A stretch of 64,000 nt of DNA from Naegleria gruberi. Taxonomy: Eukaryota. Below are positions 22,788 through 31,079 of this stretch, in pieces (the stretch's first letter is position 1; each line of letters starts with the position of its first letter). A program made the translations under genes and the position numbers. The notes under the pieces were generated by a model that was not told the DNA's origin, did no database searches, and saw only the letters and a list, made by a program, of their open reading frames with translations. The DNA lies in NCBI GenBank assembly GCA_000004985.1, contig GG738855.1; one strand, given 5' to 3'.

Positions 22788-22904
22788 TCAACTACGGCCA
22801 TATCACGATGAATGCATCTCATCCCGTCCGATTTGAGAAGCATCGTCGAGCCACATCAGTACTGAGGTTGGAGACAACTTGGGAACCTGTGGTGCTGTAG
22901 TCTT
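22788..22904 (+). rRNA. 5S ribosomal RNA gene (dispersed copy)
   Basis: ACTACGGCCATATCACG...CATCCCGTCCGATTTGAGAAGC...AGTACTGAGGTTGGAGACAAC...GGTGCTGTAGT matches the 5S consensus (GCCTACGGCCATACCAC...CCCGATCTCGTCTGATC...AGTACTTGGATGGGAGACC...GGTGCTGTAGGC). It closely resembles the Dictyostelium 5S. Helix I pairs ACTACGGC with GCTGTAGT. Followed by TTTGTTTTTT. Confidence 0.75.
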
Positions 22905-22912
22905 TGTTTTTT
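22904..22912 (+). terminator. oligo-T Pol III terminator after 5S
   Basis: tttgtttttt lies immediately 3' of the 5S helix I. Confidence 0.5.
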
Positions 22913-22920
22913 CACAATAT

Positions 22921-23073
22921 TTACGAACATTTTGACATACTATCATTAAAGGAAACGCGCATTGCTGTGCAAAAGAAAAAAGGTAATCTCCCCCTGGTGG
23001 GCTCGAACCACCGACCTGCAGATTAACAGTCTGACGCTCTACCGACTGAGCTAAGGGGGATTACGAACATTTT
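22921..23073. repeat. 13-bp direct repeats TTACGAACATTTT (22921-22933 and 23061-23073) bracketing the tRNA-Asn unit
   Basis: Exact 13/13 match. On the tRNA strand the upstream copy abuts the tRNA 5' end. The unit comprises tRNA + terminator + 55 bp. Confidence 0.5.
22989..23060 (-). tRNA. tRNA-Asn (anticodon GTT)
   Basis: The reverse complement is TCCCCCTTAGCTCAGTCGGTAGAGCGTCAGACTGTTAATCTGCAGGTCGGTGGTTCGAGCCCACCAGGGGGA. It has a 7-bp acceptor stem, A box TAGCTCAGTCGG, B box GGTTCGAGCC, anticodon loop CTGTTAA, and no encoded CCA. A T7 terminator on the minus strand lies 7 nt downstream (22975..22981). Confidence 0.85.
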
Positions 23074-23110
23074 TCCATTGTAAAAAGAACATTTTTCCAT
23101 TGTAAAAAGA
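23067..23110. repeat. perfect 2 x 22-bp tandem duplication (ACATTTTTCCATTGTAAAAAGA)
   Basis: Two identical consecutive 22-mers that overlap the right-hand direct repeat. Confidence 0.7.
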
Positions 23111-23269
23111 ACAATCGTTTATTGAAATCAATTTTTAATTTTGTGCTGAGTTCTTTCACTAATAATCATTGATTCAGTCTAAAAAACATTAGAAACAATT
23201 AATCATATGAGAATAAAGGTAATAGAATATCAAATTACAAGATTAAAAACAATTCATTAAACAAAAAAA

Positions 23270-24505
23270 ATGGAAAATCAAATCGAACCAATTTCTCTCA
23301 TTCTTTCCGATTCTCCCTCATCAACACTTCTCAAACAACATTTTCACTCACAAACTCGATCCCTCCTCCAAAGATACAATCAAAACCGTAAATATCTCAA
23401 ACAAGTAAAAGACAGTGCTGGTCGATGTTTAGAATTCTTTCCCGGAACAATCAAATCAAGAGAATTAGCAATCTATGGTCTTTCTCAGTGTGGTAGTTAT
23501 TTGAGTAAATGTTCCGAGGTGTTGAGGAATGATGAATTGGTTGTCTCGATTGCTGTTCGACAGGATGGTCTCTCACTCCAATTTGCCAGTGATTTATTGA
23601 GGAGTAGGAGGGAGATTGTTATGCAAGCTGTTCAACAGAATGGAATGGCATTGAAGTATGTTGAAAAGAAATCGGAAATGTTGAAGGAGAGGGAAATTGT
23701 TATGAAAGCCATTCTCACTACTCCGATGGTGTTGATGGAATTTAATGAAAAGGATTTGATTTCTGATAGGGAAATGGCATTGACTCTCATCAGACAAAAT
23801 CCTACAATATTCAAATTTCTGAATAGTCAATTAAAATCAGAGAGGGATATACAATTGGAAATTCTATCATTGGATGGGAAATATTTGGAATTTTTCAATG
23901 AGGACATGTTATTGTGTAGTGATAGGAAATTGGCATTCCTTGCTGCAAGAAATAGTAAATTGGCTTATCCTTTCATTGAGAAATCACTGAGGGATGAAAT
24001 TGCTTTGGAAAAGGGTGATTTGACATTTGTGGAGAAGGTTTCAAGAATTCAAATAGGAGAGTATGCTCTCCTGACAAGCAATCAAATTCCATGTCAGATT
24101 GAAAGTATTGAAAAGGATTATAGTTCATCAAAGTGTGGGCCTTCATTCAAAATTAATATTTCAGGAAGAGCTCTATTTGCTCAATTAACTATTAATAATT
24201 CAAATCCAATACATATGACCTATTTTGCCAGTGTCAGTAATTTATCTGCACTGGTGTGCCCTTTCGTTTACAGAATCAAGTGTCAACTAATTGGAATTTC
24301 AGAAAATGAGACCCTTCTAATGAATATAATTTCAAGTGATTCAAATGCAAAGCTCTCACAATTTCACAAAAATCTCCTACCTGACTCAATTATTAATTGT
24401 TTAACAGACTCAAACACAATTTTAGAAATTATTCAAGTAATGGGTGAGCAAAAGATTGTGAGCATTACTCAAAACAATATCACCACATTACTTTCATATC
24501 AGTAA
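23270..24505 (+). CDS. DUF4116-type repeat protein
   Basis: Repeated ~30-aa units of the form ...(R/E)EIVM(Q/K)AV.QNG.AL.Y......D(R/E)E.AL.... Single exon, ATG at 23270. Confidence 0.45.
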   Translation: MENQIEPISLILSDSPSSTLLKQHFHSQTRSLLQRYNQNRKYLKQVKDSAGRCLEFFPGTIKSRELAIYGLSQCGSYLSKCSEVLRNDELVVSIAVRQDGLSLQFASDLLRSRREIVMQAVQQNGMALKYVEKKSEMLKEREIVMKAILTTPMVLMEFNEKDLISDREMALTLIRQNPTIFKFLNSQLKSERDIQLEILSLDGKYLEFFNEDMLLCSDRKLAFLAARNSKLAYPFIEKSLRDEIALEKGDLTFVEKVSRIQIGEYALLTSNQIPCQIESIEKDYSSSKCGPSFKINISGRALFAQLTINNSNPIHMTYFASVSNLSALVCPFVYRIKCQLIGISENETLLMNIISSDSNAKLSQFHKNLLPDSIINCLTDSNTILEIIQVMGEQKIVSITQNNITTLLSYQ

Positions 24506-24701
24506 CATTATTAATTTGGAAAGTTGGCTGTTTTATTCAAATATGGAAACTGGATAGCTCTTCACCACACATTGATAAGGAGATATCCAGCAACACCCAC
24601 ACAATTTAGTGATAATATTCAACTCTACTGTTTCCCTATACACTCACAACACATCTATAAAAATTGGCTCTACAAAACAAACAGATATCACAACCCAGGG
24701 A

Positions 24702-26129
24702 ATGGAAAGCATCATGAACAAACAATTACTTGTCTCTGGATTTAATTTATTTCATCAGATTGACTTTTCAGATTCAACAAGAAGATTTGGCTTTGAGAAT
24801 TTCTCACCACTCAAAAAGAATGAATTGTCATCATCTCCCTCCATGGCAATGACACTCAATAATAGTCGTTCGAGTTTAATGTCAATGATGTATGGGGAGA
24901 ATATTGTAAATGCTTGTGGAAGTTTATTTTACAACATGTATTTGACTAATTTTGGAAGATTGTTTGTGTTGGGGAATTTTCATATAACTGATCATGAATA
25001 TGTAGAGTTTCAGAAAGAATCGAATAATGGCTTCTTTTTGGATGATAGTGCTAGAGATTTTGATAATAGAATGATTGTTGCTACCACTAGTTATAAGAGA
25101 TTTTACGAGTTGTCCAATCATTCATCACTAATTGATTCAAAGATAGTACAGATGGCATGTGGAAGAGATTTCTCACTCCTCCTCACACAAGAAGGCACAG
25201 TTCTTGCCTTTGGAAATAATATGAATAATCAATGTGCATTTCCACTGTCGAAAACATTAAGTGGAAGGGCCTATTTTCCAAATCAAATTCAATCTCCTGT
25301 TCAGGTACTCTCTAGAGCTGTTTCTGTTTCATGTGGACAGAAACATTCAATTGTATTGATGAATGATAGAAAGACACTTATTACTTTTGGAGATAATAGT
25401 TATGGACAGTTGGGAATTGGTCATTTGGATTCAGATCCAGACCGACATTTCATTTCGTTGGGAGAATATATGGATAGTGATGATTATATTGAAAAGATTG
25501 AATGTGGTGGATTTCATAACATTGTGCTAACAAGGAAAGGAACAGTCATTCTATTTGGTAGAGGTATAGAAGGTCAATTGGGATTGAAACATTCAAGTTC
25601 AATAAGTAAGCCAACCATTCTCAACACGTTCAGAGAAAACAATCTAAAGGTCAAATCTGTAGCTTGTGGAGAAATGCATACATTGTTTCTAACCTATTGT
25701 GGACAAGTGTTTGCCTGTGGAAGTAATTATAAGGGAGAGTTGGGACTTGGAAAGCACAACTCACTTGTTCAACATGTGACAGAGCCAACCAAGATTAATT
25801 TTGAAAAGAGCATAGAGACAATAAGCTGTGGATCGTGTCATTCATTAGCAGTGAGTCGAGATGGGAGCCATTTTGCATTTGGCCAGAATCAAGAAGGTCA
25901 ACTCGCCATGAAGGGAGGCAATAGATTTGAGTTTCTTCCCAAGAATATTTCCATTGAATCGACGGAACATCTTTCAACATCTTCCTTATTTTCTAATAGC
26001 TCTTGTTTTTGTTCATTCTTGGTTAGAGGAACAGCCAATACACGGTTGACAGAGTTTTTCACCAAGTTGACAACTTCACTTAATTCACACAAAGCCTTTG
26101 CAGATTGCACCTTTACTTTTGAAGAATAA
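24702..26129 (+). CDS. RCC1-repeat (beta-propeller) protein
   Basis: Multiple repeats: ACGRDFSLLLTQEGTVLAFGNN, SCGQKHSIVLMNDRKTLITFGDNSYGQLGIG, ECGGFHNIVLTRKGTVILFGRGIEGQLGL, ACGEMHTLFLTYCGQVFACGSNYKGELGLG, SCGSCHSLAVSRDGSHFAFGQNQEGQL. The in-frame ATG is at 24702; the track start upstream is a non-ATG codon. Confidence 0.7.
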   Translation: MESIMNKQLLVSGFNLFHQIDFSDSTRRFGFENFSPLKKNELSSSPSMAMTLNNSRSSLMSMMYGENIVNACGSLFYNMYLTNFGRLFVLGNFHITDHEYVEFQKESNNGFFLDDSARDFDNRMIVATTSYKRFYELSNHSSLIDSKIVQMACGRDFSLLLTQEGTVLAFGNNMNNQCAFPLSKTLSGRAYFPNQIQSPVQVLSRAVSVSCGQKHSIVLMNDRKTLITFGDNSYGQLGIGHLDSDPDRHFISLGEYMDSDDYIEKIECGGFHNIVLTRKGTVILFGRGIEGQLGLKHSSSISKPTILNTFRENNLKVKSVACGEMHTLFLTYCGQVFACGSNYKGELGLGKHNSLVQHVTEPTKINFEKSIETISCGSCHSLAVSRDGSHFAFGQNQEGQLAMKGGNRFEFLPKNISIESTEHLSTSSLFSNSSCFCSFLVRGTANTRLTEFFTKLTTSLNSHKAFADCTFTFEE

Positions 26130-26291
26130 AATTATTAACATTTGAATATATTTGAAATTTTACAAAATATGTTCACTGAAGAACGTTTTTTAATCAATAA
26201 ATTACTTTTAGGGAAGAATTAATACAAAAGAAAGGTAAAACTCAACACAATAAATGTGTTACTTGCTTGACGAAATGAAAACTTGGATGGT

Positions 26292-27560
26292 TTAAACAAA
26301 GTTTTGGAAGACTTGGGATCTACGAGCAATAGATGGACCCATTTCATCATATTGAGCCTTGGTATAACAGACTCTCTTGAATTCGTTCATAGTACCCAAC
26401 ATGGAACCACCAAACCAAACAGCAAAACGTTGGTGATTGTGAGCAATAACGTTACATTCCAAAGGACTTGGCTTTGGCTTACCACTTGAAGTCATGGAAA
26501 CAGCTCTTTCATAACGTTCATCCAATTTCTTCTTCATGTCACGTTGTAAACGTCTATCAAAGTGTTCAAACATTGTTGAACCACCAGAAAGGACAATATT
26601 CTTGTACAAAGCTCTACGAGCATCAATTGGTGATGAGAGAATACATTGATCAACAACGTCTGGGAGTGGAGTGCTGAAAGTTTCAGTGAAAATTTCTGGA
26701 TTGAAAAAGACTTCTGGAGCCAAGAATCTTTCATAGGCAACATCAATTTCCCATTTACCAGATCTCTTATTTTCTTGAGAGTACTTGAGAATATTTTCTG
26801 CTGGATTTTGGTCAAATTTACCAAATTCCTTTGCCAAATCGGAACAGACATAACAATACTTTTCCTTGATCTTTTGGACAGCCAATTTGATATCTTCAGA
26901 TGGCATATTCTTTTCACGATCCATAACGAAACGCATCAAGAATTCAGTGACATCTCTACCAGCCAATGGGATGTGTTTAATACTAGAACCAATGACATAA
27001 CCTTCAACAACAGGAATGACGTGAGTAACACCATCACCAGAGTCAATAACAGTACCAGACAATGTACCACCCAAACCAAGCTTTTTAGATTTGGATGATG
27101 TCCAAGAAGCACACAAAGCCAAAACAGCTTGGACAGCAATGTACAAACCAGAAACGTTGAATGTTTCGAACATAATTTCAGCTGTTTGTTCACGATTTTC
27201 TGGTGGATTGAGTGGAGGTTCAGTCAACATCAAGTAGTGATCCTCAGGTTCACATTTCAAATAGTTAAAGAAGCATTGTTCCCACAACATTTCCATCTTG
27301 CTCCAATCTTCAATAAGACCGTGTCTCATTGGATATACCAAATCATAGTTTCCACCAGTTTTTTCTTGTGCTTCATAACCAATGTAGAAATCGAGATCTT
27401 CCAAACCCTTTTCTGCTGATTTTGGATTGTGTGAAATACAGGTTGGAATGATATAGTTTGGTTCACTGTTACCAGCATAACCCATCTTGGTAAAACCAGT
27501 ACCATTGTCAATAACAAGGACTGGATTGTTTCTAGCAATAACGTCGTTGGAATAACTCAT
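26292..27560 (-). CDS. ARP3: actin-related protein 3 (Arp2/3 complex subunit)
   Basis: VLVIDNGTGFTKMGYAGNSEPNYIIPTCI, PEDHYLMLTEPPLNPPENREQTAEIMFETFNVSGLYIAVQAVLAL and the C-terminus VWFGGSMLGTMNEFKRVCYTKAQYDEMGPSIARRSQVF match Arp3 rather than Arp2 or actin. 422 aa, single exon. Confidence 0.9.
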   Translation of the reverse strand: MSYSNDVIARNNPVLVIDNGTGFTKMGYAGNSEPNYIIPTCISHNPKSAEKGLEDLDFYIGYEAQEKTGGNYDLVYPMRHGLIEDWSKMEMLWEQCFFNYLKCEPEDHYLMLTEPPLNPPENREQTAEIMFETFNVSGLYIAVQAVLALCASWTSSKSKKLGLGGTLSGTVIDSGDGVTHVIPVVEGYVIGSSIKHIPLAGRDVTEFLMRFVMDREKNMPSEDIKLAVQKIKEKYCYVCSDLAKEFGKFDQNPAENILKYSQENKRSGKWEIDVAYERFLAPEVFFNPEIFTETFSTPLPDVVDQCILSSPIDARRALYKNIVLSGGSTMFEHFDRRLQRDMKKKLDERYERAVSMTSSGKPKPSPLECNVIAHNHQRFAVWFGGSMLGTMNEFKRVCYTKAQYDEMGPSIARRSQVFQNFV

Positions 27561-28408
27561 CTTGTGTATCTGTGTTTGTGTTTTAAAATCACATTAGAAC
27601 ACAAAAAGATTTTTGTTGTTGTTGTTGGTCATTAAGATTGATGGATGGTTATTAATAACAATATAAACCATTCAAAGTGTTTAGAGAGGATATACACAAT
27701 AATAGCAATGTTACCATCATCAATTTGAAGGCAGAGTAGATTTGTTGATGATTGATGGATACATAGTATATATATTGTTATTGTTAAGCAAGGCAACAAG
27801 AAAGTTGATAACCATCAATACCGGATCAGTAGATTGCATCAATAGGATGATCATTGTCCAAACAATACCAAAAAGCACCAAATGATCATCATCATTACCA
27901 TCATATATTATCAAATATGTTATTATTGTTGTTGTAAGATGTTATTATTCATCATTATTATACATTGTTGTTGTTATATATTTAATACCATCAATCATTA
28001 CATTGTTCGATACATCATCATTATCATTATGATTAATATTATATTATTAGACAAATGATTTTTTAAATAAAAAACGTACAATCAACAGTCAGCACGGGAT
28101 GGAAGAGTGGACGTATTTTTTTTGTTGATGACTTGTGTTACAACACTCGGCTGATAGATGGGCGTGTTTAACTGTCAGCAGCATGTGAAAATCTGTTAAT
28201 CTGTCTCGATGATTGGTGATGAGAGTGTTGGTGAAAAGAGAATATTATTGATTTAAAATGTTCGATGATTTGGTTTTGCAATGGTATTATGATTATGTGA
28301 GGTATGAAGGAGGATCCACGATTGAATGTGTGATCATGTGTTGTAATAATTTATTTTTAAAGATATTTAAGGATCATGTGGGGATTTCAGTAAAAAAATT
28401 AATCCATG

Positions 28409-30902
28409 TTAAGCTTGGAAGATGAGGAAGAGTAAGAATCTGAAAATACCTCCTGTGAAAACTGAAATTGGTGCAGGAATTGTGTAGACAGAGTGCATGC
28501 AAACTGAAAGCAAAACAGCAATGGTTGCGTAAACATTGGTATTCACAGCAGATTTCCACAATAATAAAATTGCTGCATAGACAAAACCAATGGCTGTAGC
28601 ATTAATACCAGCTAAAATCTTTTGAGCCATTGCATTTTCTCTGTACTTTCTCCAAAGAGGAAGTAATCCCCAAATGAAAAAGAAACCTGGTAAGAAGAGA
28701 CCCATCCAAGCGAGGAGAGCTCCTTGCCAACCACCAATACATGCTCCAACAAAGGCAGAGAAATTAAATAGTGGTCCAGGGAGTGAGCTAATAAGAGAGA
28801 ATCCATTCAAAAATTGTCTTTCAGTAATCAATTGATGTTTGATACCAAATTCATTATAAATGAGAGGAATGACTGTTGTTCCACCTCCAAATACTGTCGA
28901 GCCCATTCTGAAGAATCCTTCAAATAGTAAAAGATACTTCCACTTTGTAAATTGTTTCACAACAAAGAGTATCAGGTATAAAATACAGAAAGAGCAAAGC
29001 ATGATAACACCTGAAATTGGTTTGTCATTTCCAAACTTTTTAAAGAACTTTTTAACACGTTCCTTAAAGGAGAGACGAGGTTGAATAGCTTCTTCAAAGG
29101 AGTTTTGCAAATCGACTGATGACGGAGTATCTACAGACACATTGTTCGTATTGATAATAATTCGTTGTGCATTATTTTCTTCCAATTCCTCCTCTTGGGT
29201 ATTTACAGTGGAGAAGGTTTCATCAGTTTCATTGTCGTTTTGAATTGTGGCAGGAAGAGGCTTTTTCCATAAGGTTGAAACGAAGAGGTAGTATTTTTTC
29301 AATAATTTCTTCCAATTTGGTGCATTAGGATTTGATTGAAGGGTTTCAAGTTTTCTCAATTCTTCCTCAGGTATTCTTTCTTTCATTCTAGAGCTAATCA
29401 AGTTTGTTTCCAAGTAGGAGTAGAAAATGGTCGAGAGAGCACCAGTAAACATGAGAATGACGAGCATCCAATTTTGTTGGACCATCAAGAAGCACGTGCA
29501 GGAAGCAATCATCAATACCTTGAAGAGTGTGGTACTGACGTGGAGCTTTGCCTCAGGAGAGATAGCAGAGCATGTCAGCTTCCAAGCTGCATTTATGACA
29601 ATGGCAAGAGCACCACATGAAAAACCATTGATAAGCTTGTTAGCCCAGAGTGGAAGTTGAGCAACAATATCTACCTGACTGGCAATATATCCAGCCATAG
29701 TGAGCACAGAAACACTAGGCAGGGAGTAGAGAATGAAGGCAATAAGTCCACCCAAATATGAATTCAAATACAGAGTACCAATAGAGACAATAATTTGAGT
29801 AGAGGTTGTTCCTGGTAAAGCTTGAGCCAAGGCAAAAAGTTCTGTAAATTCCTTATCAGAAATCCATCTCTTGGAAAAGACAAATTGTTCCTCTATTATA
29901 TTAAGATAAATTATGATAAATAATGTAAAGGTTGCAATATTGTAAAAATTATATAACAATTTCGTAACAACAAAACTTACCCAATAAACCCACATTGGCT
30001 ACAGGACCTCCAAATGAAATAAAACCAAATGGGAAGAAGGCAATGAAGAGATCGAATATTTTCAATCCAAAACTACGATTTTCCAAAGTATTCAATGGCT
30101 GTCTAGCAGTTTCGATATGCAAGACATCATTACTAGGCACTTGTTCAGCATTAGGTGTAGAGGAAAGAATTGAATTATTCATCACTGATTCATTTCTAGG
30201 AATTGACAAAGTATCAACAATTGGTTCTTCAATTTCCTCACTATGATGTGCTATTATTCTATTTGATGTTTCCATTTCAGAATCACTATCATATGGATTA
30301 ATATACTTTCTATGAGTTGTTAACGAGGTTTGTTGAACAGGAAGGAATGATGAATCTCTCTTCTCCACTCTATGATTCAATTCATCATCTTCAGCAAAAT
30401 ATGAATTTGATTTTTCTGTTTGATGATGATCATCGGAAGAGAAGAATTCACTTTGTTCAAATGTTGTTGATGGTCCTGGAACAATTTCATCATCGTATGG
30501 ATTTTTCCATTTTACACCACCATTATTATCAATTGTACTATTAAATGTATTATCAATATGATTATCAATATTAGTAGTAATAGTCGTTGTAGTATTGCTG
30601 TTGCTGTTGTTATTGTATTCAATAAAATCTTCCGTATTGATAATTGTACTTGTTGTATTGTTATTATTAGTTTCATCATTAAAAGACGACACTGATTGTT
30701 CTTCCATTGATTCATTAATTCCCTCATCATTAGCACTGATAATATCCACTAATTGTTGTTCATTGTTATTATTATTATTATTACTAGTAGCATCAAACTC
30801 TTCATCTTCTTGATTTCCTCCTTCGGTATTATTACTATTATTTGCAACAATGGAATTTTCTGGTGTTGGATTAGATTTTTTCTTACGATTCTTTTTGGCC
30901 AT
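28409..30902 (-). CDS. chromate ion transporter (ChrA/CHR family) with an Asn-rich N-terminal extension; exons 30902..29981 and 29892..28409
   Basis: FGFISFGGPVANVGLL|E|EQFVFSKRWISDKEFTELFALAQALPGTTSTQ matches the ChrA motif (FGGPAAHIA...W....EF..L.AL.Q.LPGP.STQ). GTAAGT donor at 29980 and acceptor aatatag at 29893 give an in-frame junction (phase 1). Two CHR halves and more than 10 TM helices. Confidence 0.7.
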
Positions 30903-31079
30903 TTTTTTAATGTTGTTGTTTTTGAATTATCCATGAATTGGATTTTGTTATTGAGAATTGTGAATATTATGTAAGTATTTAATGATTACAATAAAAAAAT
31001 TACTAACATTGATGGATGTTGATGAAATGGTATGGTATGTTGTGAGCTTTGTTGATGTGAACTTATTTCGAAAAAAAAA

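Noticed and set aside
22338-23269. tRNA-targeting retrotransposon (TRE/DGLT-type) at the 5S/tRNA locus
   Set aside because: There is no reverse-transcriptase, integrase or gag-like ORF and no long repeat. Only short direct repeats and a 22-bp duplication are present.
27600-28400. Possible ncRNA in the 800-bp AT-rich spacer between Arp3 and ChrA (repeated cagtcagca / ctgtcagcagca)
   Set aside because: Only short imperfect repeats. Composition is typical of promoter/3' UTR spacer. No structural or box motifs recognised.
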